Shown: positions 10,022 to 20,267 of the stretch, piece after piece
How the letters are laid out: every line of letters begins with the position of its first letter
Position numbering within the stretch: the stretch's first letter is position 1
Origin: an uncultured delta proteobacterium
Lineage (GTDB): Bacteria > Desulfobacterota > Desulfobacteria > Desulfobacterales > JAHEIW01
NCBI GenBank assembly: GCA_963706575.1
Contig: CAVPNL010000001.1
Coordinates: 128,001-192,000 of the forward strand
DNA length: 64,000 bases
Direction: 5' to 3'
Program-made: the position numbers and the translations under genes
The notes under the pieces: model-generated
Databases searched by the model: none
What the model saw: the letters and a program-made list of their open reading frames with translations, nothing else
What the model was told of the DNA's origin: nothing

Positions 10022-10153
10022 ATGGAAACCATTCCAGAAATAATGGCCGCTGTTTTGCTGACCGGTCACGGTGGTTTCGACCGGCTGGAATACCGCACGG
10101 ATGTTCCGGCACTGGAGGGCAAAATTGAGCGGCCTTCGAAAATAGATGGGTAA
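10022..10153 (+). pseudogene. Truncated N-terminus of a zinc-binding/MDR alcohol dehydrogenase
   Basis: Strong GAGGAGG RBS; METIPEIMAAVLLTGHGGFDRLEYRTDVP resembles an MDR N-terminus, then a stop after about 43 codons. Confidence 0.65.
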
Positions 10154-10169
10154 ACGTCTGGAGGTTTTT

Positions 10170-11291
10170 ATGCCGCATATACTGGGATCCAACGAACTTC
10201 TGGAGGATGTTCATAAAAGGGAATTATGCATCGGCTGCGGTGCCTGTGTGGATATTTGTCCGTATTTTAAAAATTATAAAGGCAAGACAGCCCAGCTGTT
10301 TCCGTGTACCTTAGAACAGGGTCGTTGCTATGGATACTGCCCTAAAGCCGAGGTCGACCTGGATGAGCTCTCACAGGCTATCCAGGGTGTGCCTTATGAC
10401 GGCAGCCCCTTGGGAGACTATCGGGAAGTGCTGGCTGCACGGGCGGGTGGCAAAATTAAAAAGGGCACATTTCAATCCGGCGGTACGGTCACGGCGTTGC
10501 TTACCTTTGCATTCAAGGCCGGTTCGATCGACGCTGCCGCATTGACGGATCGCAAGGTCTTGACCCCGGTGCCCCGCATCGTGACGGACTGGAAGGACGT
10601 AACGCGATGCGCCAGTTCCAAATTCATGGCCGCACCCACGATATCTTCGGTAAATCTGGCGGTTCGGCAAGGCTACCAGAGCATCGGGGTGGTGGGAACC
10701 CCCTGCCAGGTGGTGGCCGTGGCTCAGATGAAGACCAACCCCCTGGCAGAAGAAGCCCATAAGGTTCCGCTGTCCCTTACGGTGGGCTTGTTTTGTAACT
10801 GGTCCCTGGACACCCGACAGTTGATCGATTTATTATCGCAAAAACTGGATATATGCGGAATCGTGGGAATGGACATTCCGCCACCGCCGGCCAATATCCT
10901 GGTTCTGGATACCGCCACCGGCAGGGTGGAGATTTCGCTTTCCGAAATCAAACCGCTGATCCCGCATACCTGTTTTATCTGTCCGGACATGACTTCGGAA
11001 TTGGCCGATGTTTCAGTGGGGATGTTTGAAGGACGGCCGGGATGGAACACCCTGATCCTGCGCTCCGCCAAGGGTGTTGAGCTCATTGAACACGCCCGCA
11101 GGGAAGGCTATGTCGAAACCGAGGATTTTCCGGCAGAAAATCTAAAATATCTCTCTCGGGCGGCAGCCGAGAAGAAAGATCGAGCCCTGCGAACACTGAT
11201 CCGCAGGGAATTGATTAATAACAAAGGAGAGGAACGCGCTGCGGTGCGAATACCGCAGACTGTTGTCGATCGGATACTGAAAAAGAAGTGA
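10170..11291 (+). CDS. Coenzyme F420 hydrogenase/dehydrogenase beta subunit (FrhB/FdhB family)
   Basis: CIGCGACVDICP, QSGGTVTALL, VVGTPCQV, VGLFC and C..CPD..SELADVSVG motifs. Confidence 0.9.
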   Translation: MPHILGSNELLEDVHKRELCIGCGACVDICPYFKNYKGKTAQLFPCTLEQGRCYGYCPKAEVDLDELSQAIQGVPYDGSPLGDYREVLAARAGGKIKKGTFQSGGTVTALLTFAFKAGSIDAAALTDRKVLTPVPRIVTDWKDVTRCASSKFMAAPTISSVNLAVRQGYQSIGVVGTPCQVVAVAQMKTNPLAEEAHKVPLSLTVGLFCNWSLDTRQLIDLLSQKLDICGIVGMDIPPPPANILVLDTATGRVEISLSEIKPLIPHTCFICPDMTSELADVSVGMFEGRPGWNTLILRSAKGVELIEHARREGYVETEDFPAENLKYLSRAAAEKKDRALRTLIRRELINNKGEERAAVRIPQTVVDRILKKK

Positions 11292-11454
11292 CTAAAGTGA
11301 GCTAAAATGCCTAAAGTGCCTAAAGTTATTGTCTCGCTTCGCTCGATCTCTTTTAATATGATCGTTTTACCCTGTTGCTCAGCCCTGAGGCTCTCGACGG
11401 GCAGGATTCCTTAACTTTAGTCACTTTAGTTCACTTCTCACTTTAGCTCACTTT
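11286..11454. repeat. Inverted array of 9-nt units (CTAAAGTGN / NCACTTTAG)
   Basis: Left arm 11286-11328 and complementary right arm 11412-11454 around a ~85-bp core. Confidence 0.8.
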
Positions 11455-11473
11455 CTTTTAAAATGGAGGCATT

Positions 11474-13408
11474 ATGTCTATAATTTCGTATGGCCGGAAA
11501 GGGGAGCGGTACCTGGTCATGGGCAACGAGGCTATCGCCCGCGGGGCGCTGGAGGCCGGCGTCAGTGTCGCCGCCGGTTATCCCGGCACCCCTTCATCCG
11601 AAATCATCGAAAGCCTGGCAAAGGTTTCAAAAGACCAGAATCTTTACGTGGAATGGTCGGTGAATGAGAAAGTGGCCATGGAGGTGGCCGCCGCCGCCTC
11701 CTTTGCCGGCCTGAGATCGCTGTGCGTCATGAAGCAAAACGGCGTCAACGTCGGATCGGATTTCCTTTTGCATCTAGCGCTGACGGGCGTCCGGGGCGGA
11801 ATGGTGCTGGTGCACTGTGATGATCCCGGGGCACTTTCCAGCGCCAATGAGGGGGAATCCAGACATTTTGCACGGATGCTGGAACTTCCGTTACTGGAAC
11901 CCGGCGATTTCCAGGAAGCTAAAGATATGATAAAAATGGCCTTTGAGCTCTCCGAAGAGATCCACAATGTTGTCATGGTTCGCAGTGTGACCCGGTTGTC
12001 CCATGCCAGCGGCAACGTGGTTTTCGGCGAGCTTAAACCAACGGAGAAAAAAGCCTTTTTTAAACACGGCGGATTTATACTGGATTCTCTGGAAGGTCCC
12101 ATGGCCAGCTTGCCGGTACCTTATCGACACGAAAAACAGCAAGAAAAATTAAAACAGGCCACTGCCCGGTTTGAAGAATCTCCGTTTAATTCTTACAGTG
12201 GCCCTGAGGCGCCGGAGATTTTATTGATTACCAGCAGTGCCTGTCATCTTTACAGCAAAGAGGCCATCAGCTTTTTGGGTGTTGCCGATCGGGTCGGTTT
12301 ACTGAAGCTGGGCACAACCTGGCCGCTGCCGCCCAGGTTGATGGAGAAATATCTTGGCATCACCGATAAGATTCTGATTGTCGAAGAAGTCATTCCGTTT
12401 CTCGAAGAAAATATCAAAATCCTGGCGGCAGAGCTGGCATCCAGGATTGGCCCCAAAACCTTTTATGGCAAACGCACGGGCGATGTCCCCTCCACCAATG
12501 AAATGAATCCGGATCTGGTGGCGACGGCCGTATCCAGGATTTTAGATATGAATTACCAGGCCGTACCCGAAGCTTATGCCAAAAGGTCCCAGGAAGTCGT
12601 TCTTTCAGGCGCCCCTGGCCGCGATATGACGTTTTGCGCCGGCTGCCCCCATCGGGCCTCGTTCTGGACCATCCACAACGCCCTGCAGATGGACGGCCGG
12701 GAGGGTTTTGTCTGCGGTGATATCGGCTGCTATTCCTTGGCCGTGCTTCCCACCGGTTTCAGTACATTGAAGACGCTGCATGCCATGGGAAGCGGTGTCG
12801 GACTTGCCAGCGGCTTTGGCAAACTGGGTCAATTCGGCATGAATCAGCCCGTTCTGGCCACCGTGGGGGATTCCACTTTTTTCCATGCAGTCCTGCCGGC
12901 TCTGGTCAACGCCATTCACCACCAATCAGATATCACTATCGTGGTGCTGGATAACAGCGGAACAGCGATGACCGGTTTTCAACCCCATCCGGGCCTACCG
13001 GTGGATGCCGGCGGTGATGAAGTTCCGGCTCTGGACGTGGCCAAAATATGTGAAGCCATGGGCGCCACGGTAAGAATCAGCGATCCCTTTGATATCGAAA
13101 AAACCCAACAAACTATTTTTGAGCTCTTTGAAATCAAAGGACTCAAAGTTCTGGTGTTGAAACAGATGTGTGCGCTGAGTCCGGAAAAGAAGGCCCAAAA
13201 AATGTTTGATGTATCTGTGGATGAAAATATCTGTCTGGGCCAAAGCTGCGGGTGCAATCAGCTCTGTACCCGGATATTCAAATGCCCCGGTCTGAATTGG
13301 GATAAGGATAAGCGGGTGTCTCAAATCGATGAAGTCATCTGTGTCGGCTGCGGGGTGTGCGCATCGATCTGCCCCTCGGGCGCAATCCAGAAAAAGGAGG
13401 TGGCTTAA
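11474..13408 (+). CDS. iorA: Indolepyruvate/arylpyruvate:ferredoxin oxidoreductase alpha subunit
   Basis: GNEAIARGALEAG..GYPGTPSSEI, NEKVAME, FCAGCPHR, GDIGCY and GDSTFFH motifs; C-terminal ferredoxin domain. Confidence 0.95.
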   Translation: MSIISYGRKGERYLVMGNEAIARGALEAGVSVAAGYPGTPSSEIIESLAKVSKDQNLYVEWSVNEKVAMEVAAAASFAGLRSLCVMKQNGVNVGSDFLLHLALTGVRGGMVLVHCDDPGALSSANEGESRHFARMLELPLLEPGDFQEAKDMIKMAFELSEEIHNVVMVRSVTRLSHASGNVVFGELKPTEKKAFFKHGGFILDSLEGPMASLPVPYRHEKQQEKLKQATARFEESPFNSYSGPEAPEILLITSSACHLYSKEAISFLGVADRVGLLKLGTTWPLPPRLMEKYLGITDKILIVEEVIPFLEENIKILAAELASRIGPKTFYGKRTGDVPSTNEMNPDLVATAVSRILDMNYQAVPEAYAKRSQEVVLSGAPGRDMTFCAGCPHRASFWTIHNALQMDGREGFVCGDIGCYSLAVLPTGFSTLKTLHAMGSGVGLASGFGKLGQFGMNQPVLATVGDSTFFHAVLPALVNAIHHQSDITIVVLDNSGTAMTGFQPHPGLPVDAGGDEVPALDVAKICEAMGATVRISDPFDIEKTQQTIFELFEIKGLKVLVLKQMCALSPEKKAQKMFDVSVDENICLGQSCGCNQLCTRIFKCPGLNWDKDKRVSQIDEVICVGCGVCASICPSGAIQKKEVA

Positions 13409-13411
13409 CCC

Positions 13412-14035
13412 ATGAAAAATGCGAGTCTGCCATGTGATCCTTATAATGTCATTATTACCGGTGTCGGAGGGCAGGGCAATGTCATGGCCTCCCGCGTTGT
13501 CGGCAACATGTTGTCCCGCAAGAACTTGAATATCACCATTGGCGAGACCTTCGGTGCTTCCCAGCGCGGCGGGTCGGTGATGAGCCATTTGCGCATATCA
13601 GCGGAGTCTTACTGGTCGCCGCAGATTCCCCGAGGCAAGTGCCACCTGGTCATTTCTTTAGAACCCACCGAAGCCATCCGGGTGTTGATGAACTACGGAA
13701 ACCCGAGCGTCAGGGTTCTTTGCAATACACGGCCGGTTCACGCCATCGGCGTGATATCCGGTGAGCAGCGCTACCCGTCTTTGGAAGAGGTCAAATCATG
13801 GATAGAGGAATTGTCTGAAGATTGCTGGTTTTTAGCGGCGACCGAAAGGGCGCTGGAGCTGGGAAATCCGATTTTGGGCAACATCATGATGATCGGCGCT
13901 GTCGCCGGCATCGGCGTATTGCCGCTGGATAGAGACAGCTTTGAAGCCGCCATCTCTGAAGCGCTGTCCGGCGACAAACTGGCGCTAAACCTCAAGGCCT
14001 ATGATTTAGGTGTGCGTATGGTAAAGGGCATTTGA
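13412..14035 (+). CDS. iorB: Indolepyruvate:ferredoxin oxidoreductase beta subunit
   Basis: GVGGQG and ETFGASQRGGSVMSHLR motifs; directly follows iorA. Confidence 0.95.
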   Translation: MKNASLPCDPYNVIITGVGGQGNVMASRVVGNMLSRKNLNITIGETFGASQRGGSVMSHLRISAESYWSPQIPRGKCHLVISLEPTEAIRVLMNYGNPSVRVLCNTRPVHAIGVISGEQRYPSLEEVKSWIEELSEDCWFLAATERALELGNPILGNIMMIGAVAGIGVLPLDRDSFEAAISEALSGDKLALNLKAYDLGVRMVKGI

Positions 14036-14056
14036 GCTTAAATTAGAGGAATCCGC

Positions 14057-16048
14057 ATGCGCGCTGGGTACAGCAAAATAGCATGCCGTTATCGAAGCCT
14101 GACAGGCGTGGCCGTGTTCCTGGTGTTAATAATTTGTGGGGGGATCGCGGGACCTGCTGTTGCATCTCCGGTTGAACCGATTCTCCAGCTGACACCGGAT
14201 ATAGAGCGCTATTTCCTTGGTCCCTATTTGGCATATATTGAGGACCCGCAAAAAAAGCTGACCATAGATGATGTGTCTTCTCCGCAGATGTCGGCGCGTT
14301 TTATCAGGCATACGGGCAAGATCCTCAATTTAGGCCTAAATTCTTCAGCCTATTGGATTCGTTTCACCGTAGATGCATTCAAAGATCAAATCTCCCAGAA
14401 AAAGTGGCTGCTGTACTTCGACTGGCCGAACAGGATAGATTATGCCTCCCTCTTCATACCCAAATTCCCAGATGCCGGTTGGTTTGCCAAGGAGGTGGGG
14501 CGCATTTTGCCAACCGGACCCGACCCCCACCCCAGCACTCCGACCGCTTTCCTGCCCCCTGAAAATTTTATTCAACCCGTAACCTTCTATCTGAGGGTGG
14601 AGAGCTCAGAAGCCAAGCTCATACCGTTGCAAATTTTAACCGATGAGGCCTACCAGGGCGTGTCGCGCGCGCGGTCGCTATGGTTCGGTGTCTATTACGG
14701 CATCATGCTGGCCATGTTTTTATATAATCTCATTTTGCTAATTTCGCTGCGCGAACTCAATCGTTTTTATTACCTGATGTATCTAATATTTATTGGCCTG
14801 TTGTTCTTGGAAGCCAATGGACTGTTGTCGGAGCGTTTTCAGATTGGGATTCATCTGGGTCAGGTTCTGGTATTGATCTTTATTTCCCTCACTTTTTTCT
14901 GGGGCAATTTATTCGCCAAATCCTTTTTAATCACAAAAGAAAACGCACCATTTTTTGATAAATTATTGTCCGGCGCCACGATTTTGGCACTTGTTCTGGC
15001 GGCAATGATTCCGCTGGTGAATCTAGCCTGGATGACGGTAGCCATCAGCCTCCAGTCGATACTGGTCCCGCCAATATTCCTGCTCGCCGCTCTCGTTTGC
15101 TGGCGACGTGGGTTCCGACCGGCGCGTTTCTTCCTGCTCGCATTTGCACTTCTGGCGTTGAGCACCATGTATGAAGCTTTGGCAATTTTCGGCGTATTGC
15201 CGTATTTCACACCGTACAGCGGACAATTCGGTTCAGCAATCGAGGTCATTCTTCTGCAGCTGGCCCTGGCAGACCGCTTCAGAACCTTGAGCCTGGAACA
15301 TGACATGATAAAACAGTCGCTCGATCTGGCGCGTGAAGTCCAGCAAAACCTTTTGCCCAATGAAAATCCTCAGATGGATAGATTGGATATCGCCGGTCGA
15401 AGCATTTATTGTGATGAAACCGGCGGCGATTATTATGATTTTATTACCAGTGATACGGATGAAAACGGTCAACTCACCATCGCCATCGGTGATGTATCCG
15501 GACATGGCATTTCCTCTGCCTTGCTGATGGCCACGGTGCGCTCGTCTTTGCGGCAGCGCTTATCACAACCGGGGAATGCAGGAGGCATTATCTCCGATGT
15601 TAACCGTCAGCTGGTTAGAGATGTGGAGGATTCGGGCCAATTTATGACCCTTTTTTACTTGAATATTGATGCGACGAAAATGCACGCCCATTGGGTTCGA
15701 GCCGGGCATGATCCTGCCATTTTTTATGATCCCGCTACAGACTCGTTTGAGGAACTTGGTGGATCGGGAATGGCTTTGGGGATAGAAGGAGATTACAAAT
15801 ATAAGGCGTATTTAAAAACAGCTCTGGATAGAGGACAAATAATTTTCCTAAGCACAGACGGAACCTGGGAGGCGGTTAACCCCAAAGGAGACATGTTTGG
15901 TAAAGAGCGAATCTACGATATCATTCGAAAAAATTCGTCATTAAGTGCGAATGAAATTATCAATATAATCTTAGGGTCTTTAAAAAGTTTTCAACAAGGT
16001 GCTCAAATAGAAGATGATATAACCCTGGTGGTTATTAAAATTATTTAA
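14057..16048 (+). CDS. 7TM-DISM sensor fused to a SpoIIE/PP2C (RsbU-like) phosphatase
   Basis: 7TMR-DISMED2-like periplasmic domain, seven TM segments; GGDYYD, GDVSGHG, RAGH, TDG and DDIT motifs. Confidence 0.88.
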   Translation: MRAGYSKIACRYRSLTGVAVFLVLIICGGIAGPAVASPVEPILQLTPDIERYFLGPYLAYIEDPQKKLTIDDVSSPQMSARFIRHTGKILNLGLNSSAYWIRFTVDAFKDQISQKKWLLYFDWPNRIDYASLFIPKFPDAGWFAKEVGRILPTGPDPHPSTPTAFLPPENFIQPVTFYLRVESSEAKLIPLQILTDEAYQGVSRARSLWFGVYYGIMLAMFLYNLILLISLRELNRFYYLMYLIFIGLLFLEANGLLSERFQIGIHLGQVLVLIFISLTFFWGNLFAKSFLITKENAPFFDKLLSGATILALVLAAMIPLVNLAWMTVAISLQSILVPPIFLLAALVCWRRGFRPARFFLLAFALLALSTMYEALAIFGVLPYFTPYSGQFGSAIEVILLQLALADRFRTLSLEHDMIKQSLDLAREVQQNLLPNENPQMDRLDIAGRSIYCDETGGDYYDFITSDTDENGQLTIAIGDVSGHGISSALLMATVRSSLRQRLSQPGNAGGIISDVNRQLVRDVEDSGQFMTLFYLNIDATKMHAHWVRAGHDPAIFYDPATDSFEELGGSGMALGIEGDYKYKAYLKTALDRGQIIFLSTDGTWEAVNPKGDMFGKERIYDIIRKNSSLSANEIINIILGSLKSFQQGAQIEDDITLVVIKII

Positions 16049-16096
16049 TGCAGATCTCCCATTTATGGGTATTGATAGATATTTTGAATTCCTGGA

Positions 16097-16832
16097 TTAG
16101 GTAATACCCAGCTTATCCAGTAGTTGCCTGACATATTCCGGTCCGTCCGGTTTATAGGCAGGCAGGACCCATGGCATGTCCTGCAATGTTTGCAGCAGGG
16201 AGGGCAACAGATCAAATGGGATGGAAATAATTTGCCGGCCTTCTGGAAATAGTTTTCTGCGCTTCATGCCATGACCCAGACCCGTGACGAAATAATTCAG
16301 TTCCCCCGTTAAAAATGGGTAGCTGTATGTCCAGGCACAGCCGATCGCCGGTGAGAACTTGCTTACCCAGATTTTTGCTGACCGATAGCTCATTGCCCTG
16401 AGTATAATTTCCGTCTGATGGGTGCTGGCGAGCAGGATCAATAAATCGGGCTCGAATCGGAGCTGATCTAGCGGGGAAAAAGCAACATAATTAACGATGC
16501 CTCTGCCGATTTTTGGAATATGTAAGTAAAGCCGACTTGCGGAACGCGGCGCTTCAAAGATTTTCAACCCGGCGCCGAAATCTCCATTTACAAAAGGCTC
16601 ACCAATATCCGCCTGCCCCAATACATACATGTCCGGCCTCACAGGCATGGTTTGCGGCGTCGGCAAAAAAAGCACTGCCGCCCTGTGCCTTCTTAAGCAT
16701 TTCGCAGAGCGCCATTTTTTCTTCAAGCCGTTCTACCATGTCCGGCCGTTTAGACAGGAATTTAACGCCCACCGGCGGTACCTCGAAGTCAAACTTGTCC
16801 AAAATAGCGACATATTCTTTAGTGAGAATCAT
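16097..16832 (-). pseudogene. DUF169 family protein, frameshifted near 16630
   Basis: The N-terminal frame (PVGVKF..ALCEM..NHACEAG) continues in another frame (YVLGQ..PDLLI..AIGCAW); one extra base in GGA-C-ATG-TAT. Confidence 0.75.
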
Positions 16833-16940
16833 ATGAAACGGACCCTTTCCCTTTTATCCCTTACTGTTGGAGCGTCTTGTAAGGCAGATTGGATGATATA
16901 AAGGGGATACCAAAAGTTGTTTTTTCGTTTCAATGCGGGT

Positions 16941-16970
16941 TTCCAGGAGCTCTTGATAGAGCTCCTGGAA
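16941..16970. terminator. Hairpin downstream of the substrate-binding protein gene
   Basis: TTCCAGGAGCTCT-TGAT-AGAGCTCCTGGAA, perfect 13-bp stem. Confidence 0.6.
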
Positions 16971-16986
16971 TAGTAATGAGTTGTGC

Positions 16987-18243
16987 CTATTTCTTTGTAA
17001 AAATGTGGCGCAATGGGAAGATACCCACTTTTACCGACTTGCCCTTCTGAACCTGGTCAATACGTACCTGATCAACACCCTCGATATCGCCCTTACCATA
17101 GGTGAGTGGCGTACTGCTGATGTCACCGGTGGGAAGGTTTTTGATCTGGTAAAAGCCATGCTGCAACACATCACCCGGTGTAAGCTTTTCAAAAGGCACT
17201 TTCTGCATGGCCAGCCGCAAGGCCTCGACCTGGATCATGGCTTCCAGGACTCCTGCCTCATACATGATGTGGGTAATCCGCTTGCCGGAACGATACTTAT
17301 CCTGCAGGTCGCTGCAGAACTTTATCCCGGGGGTGGCAAGGTCATCCATGGGGCGGAAGCTACCGGCGCAGACATAACCGTCACCCAACTCCCCCATGGC
17401 CTCAGCGAACACAGCAGCGTGACCGGGTGCGGGGACGCCAAAGGTCATCTTATGCGCTAGATGGGGTCCCATGCCCAGTCTGGCCATCTCTTTAACCGTT
17501 GGCTGTGAGCCGGGATTGATCATAACACCCAGAGCGAGGTCAACACCTTTTTGCTTGAGCCAGGTAAGCTGGGTGGTGGGCGGCGAGGTCGGTACCAAAG
17601 GTACATATTGGGTGCCCACAAACTCATAGCCGGTCTTCTGGAGATACGCTTTCATCTCAGGTATCTCAATCGACCGACCCATGGCGTTGTCGGCAGTCAG
17701 GTAAGCAACCTTCGGCTTTCTCGCCTCCTTCCAGCTCGTTTTGAACCAATCAGCGATGGCGGCTATAGAATCGGTATAAATCGGGTAATAGGTGAAGCAG
17801 CTTTGAGGCGGCGACAGGTAGTAGGGGCCGGTGGCCATACTGGTGCCGCCCATCTGGTCCTCCCACATTCTGTCTTTGAGTGCCAGCGCTATGGGTGAGC
17901 CCGATATCCTGCCGACCAGCATTCCTTTGGCTTTGAGCTCCTCATAGATTGACAGCGCCTTGGGAGGTTTGAGCTCATCATCGCGCCACATCACCTCCAG
18001 TTTTATATCGGCGGGAAATTTTTCTTTACGCCAGGGCGCCAAATTTTTGGTCGCATTTACATATGCGACATAATCCTCAATCGCAGCCAGCACCGCCGCT
18101 GAATCCTCAGCAAAGGGCCCGGTTAGCGACTGGGTGCCACCGACATATAGTACTTTCTCAGCTTGAGCGTTGACGGGCAATAACAATACTGCCGCCAACA
18201 GGATTGGCATTGAAGCTCGCAACATCCATTTTATTTTAGCCAT
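16987..18243 (-). CDS. ABC transporter substrate-binding protein (Liv/HAAT family)
   Basis: Signal peptide ending AQA; SLTGPFA motif; GGAGGG RBS supports a start at 18243. Confidence 0.88.
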   Translation of the reverse strand: MAKIKWMLRASMPILLAAVLLLPVNAQAEKVLYVGGTQSLTGPFAEDSAAVLAAIEDYVAYVNATKNLAPWRKEKFPADIKLEVMWRDDELKPPKALSIYEELKAKGMLVGRISGSPIALALKDRMWEDQMGGTSMATGPYYLSPPQSCFTYYPIYTDSIAAIADWFKTSWKEARKPKVAYLTADNAMGRSIEIPEMKAYLQKTGYEFVGTQYVPLVPTSPPTTQLTWLKQKGVDLALGVMINPGSQPTVKEMARLGMGPHLAHKMTFGVPAPGHAAVFAEAMGELGDGYVCAGSFRPMDDLATPGIKFCSDLQDKYRSGKRITHIMYEAGVLEAMIQVEALRLAMQKVPFEKLTPGDVLQHGFYQIKNLPTGDISSTPLTYGKGDIEGVDQVRIDQVQKGKSVKVGIFPLRHIFTKK

Positions 18244-18320
18244 TATGATACCCTCCTTTACGACTGTTGGGTTAATGAACGCTATGAAATAGGCATTCTG
18301 CCGGATTGAATCACCTCCTT

Positions 18321-19376
18321 TCACTCAATTTCTTGATGAGAAAAAGGCCAAAGCCTGAAATACGTCTTAATCATCTCCCAGCGGTGATGAAGCCCCCGCG
18401 GCTCAAAAATCAGAAAGATGATGATGATCATTCCGTGGGAAATGAGGGCCAGCGAGGCGGCCGCCTGCGGGGCAACGGCGGCGGCCAGGATCGGTCCGGC
18501 AACTGTGACGAGCTCATCCAGCACCTTGAGCGCAACGACGCCGAAAATAGCCCCTGCCGTACTGCCCATGCCCCCCACGATCAACATCCCCAGATACCAG
18601 ACGGAATCCATAAAAGGAAACTGTTCTATGCTGGCGAATCTAACGTAGTGAACCAGCAGCGATCCGGCCACTCCGGCATAGATACAGCCGATAAAAAATG
18701 CCTGCAGCTTGTAGCTCCACAGACTGACGCCCATGACCTCCGCCGCCAGGTCATTGTCCCGGATGGCGATAAAGGCTCTGCCGGCCCTGGTTCTGACGAT
18801 GTTGTGAGCCGTGATTGTCGCCAGGACAACAAAAACCATCACCAGGTAGTAATAGTTGGTTTTGGAACTCAGCACAATACCGCCGATCACGGGTTTGGGC
18901 ACAAGCAACCCATCGGTGCCACCGGTGATGCTGCGGAGCTGGATGATGATCCAGATAATAATAAATTGGGCCGCGATGGTCGCCATAATGAGATAGAAGC
19001 CCTTGATTTTCAGAGATGGCAGGCCGAAGAGCAAACCGGCTATTCCCGCAGCTAGGGCGCCGCAGGGAAGCGCAGCCCAGAATGGCCAGCCGAGCTTGGC
19101 GCACAAAATAGCCGAGGTATAACCGCCGACCGCCATGAATCCCGAATGGCCGATGGAGATTTGACCGCAGTAACCGGTCAGAATATTGAGTCCGTGGATG
19201 CTGACAACAGCAATCCCCATGGTCGTCAGGATGGTCAGCATCCTGTCGCTTAAAAAAAGAGGGCAAGCGAAAAGAAAAACGAGCAACGTCGCCACTGTTC
19301 CCCATTGCCGCCTGGAGCTCAGGATCGCCATTTCCTGTGCATAATTTTCATGAAAGGTTCCGGTGCGCAAGCTCAT
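18321..19376 (-). CDS. livM: Branched-chain amino acid-type ABC permease (LivM-like)
   Basis: GLNILTGYCGQISIGH, GRAFIAIRDN and IVGGMGS motifs. Confidence 0.88.
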   Translation of the reverse strand: MSLRTGTFHENYAQEMAILSSRRQWGTVATLLVFLFACPLFLSDRMLTILTTMGIAVVSIHGLNILTGYCGQISIGHSGFMAVGGYTSAILCAKLGWPFWAALPCGALAAGIAGLLFGLPSLKIKGFYLIMATIAAQFIIIWIIIQLRSITGGTDGLLVPKPVIGGIVLSSKTNYYYLVMVFVVLATITAHNIVRTRAGRAFIAIRDNDLAAEVMGVSLWSYKLQAFFIGCIYAGVAGSLLVHYVRFASIEQFPFMDSVWYLGMLIVGGMGSTAGAIFGVVALKVLDELVTVAGPILAAAVAPQAAASLALISHGMIIIIFLIFEPRGLHHRWEMIKTYFRLWPFSHQEIE

Positions 19377-19379
19377 TGA

Positions 19380-20267
19380 TTAAACCCTTTCTATATGTGC
19401 AAGGCCGAAGAGCCCGTGCGGTCTGAAGACCAGGACGATGATCATCACAAAAAAAGGGAATACCTGGGCCAATCCGCCGCCGGGCAGTAACGGGTCCAGG
19501 TACCCGGCAGCCACATTCTCCAGCATTCCCAGTATGATGCCGGCGACAATGGCCCCGCCAATTGAGTTGACCCCGCCCAGCAGCACGACCGCGAAGGCCT
19601 TGAGACCGATAAGGGCCAGATCCATATTCGCTCCGGATACGCCCCCCAGCAGGATGCCGCCGATGACGCCGACGACACTGGCGATGATCCACGAGGCGGC
19701 ATAGACGGTTGTGGCCTTGATACCCACACTCTGCACCACCTGCAGATCCTCGGCCGTGGCCCGCATGGCCAGCCCGATCTTGGTATAGCGGAAAAGGAGC
19801 ATGAGCAGCGCTACACAAATGATAGACACGATCAGTCCGATCAAAGACTCCGAAGGTATGGATATCTCGCCGACTTTCATGGTTATGGTCGGCAATAATC
19901 CATGGTAAGCCTTGTATTCGGCACCCCAGAGCAGGGTTGCCAGCCCCCCCAATACCGTGGAAAGGGCGATGGTCATCATGACGACGGCCAGCACGGGTTG
20001 ACCGATCAGCGGGCGCAGCATCAGGCGCTCGATCAACAGACCCATGACGATGGCCACTGCGATTGCCGCCAGCAAAGCGGCCCATATCGGCAGGCCGAAC
20101 GGAACCAGAAAGGTCCAGCCGAGATAGCCACCGATCAAAACAAAGTGCCCCTGGGCAATGTTAAATACCTCCGAGCATTTCAGAATGATCACAAAGCCGA
20201 TGGCGATCAGGGCATAGACCATGCCCTGGGCAAGGCCGGTTACGACTAATTGCAGAAAGAAAGTCAT
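19380..20267 (-). CDS. livH: Branched-chain amino acid-type ABC permease (LivH-like)
   Basis: YALIAIGF..FNIAQG, GLAMRATAED and RPHGLFG motifs. Confidence 0.88.
   Translation of the reverse strand: MTFFLQLVVTGLAQGMVYALIAIGFVIILKCSEVFNIAQGHFVLIGGYLGWTFLVPFGLPIWAALLAAIAVAIVMGLLIERLMLRPLIGQPVLAVVMMTIALSTVLGGLATLLWGAEYKAYHGLLPTITMKVGEISIPSESLIGLIVSIICVALLMLLFRYTKIGLAMRATAEDLQVVQSVGIKATTVYAASWIIASVVGVIGGILLGGVSGANMDLALIGLKAFAVVLLGGVNSIGGAIVAGIILGMLENVAAGYLDPLLPGGGLAQVFPFFVMIIVLVFRPHGLFGLAHIERV

Noticed and set aside
18306..20249. Long antisense and alternate-frame ORFs over livM/livH, and similar shadows elsewhere
   Set aside because: They overlap well-supported genes, lack motifs, and are expected in GC-rich coding DNA.
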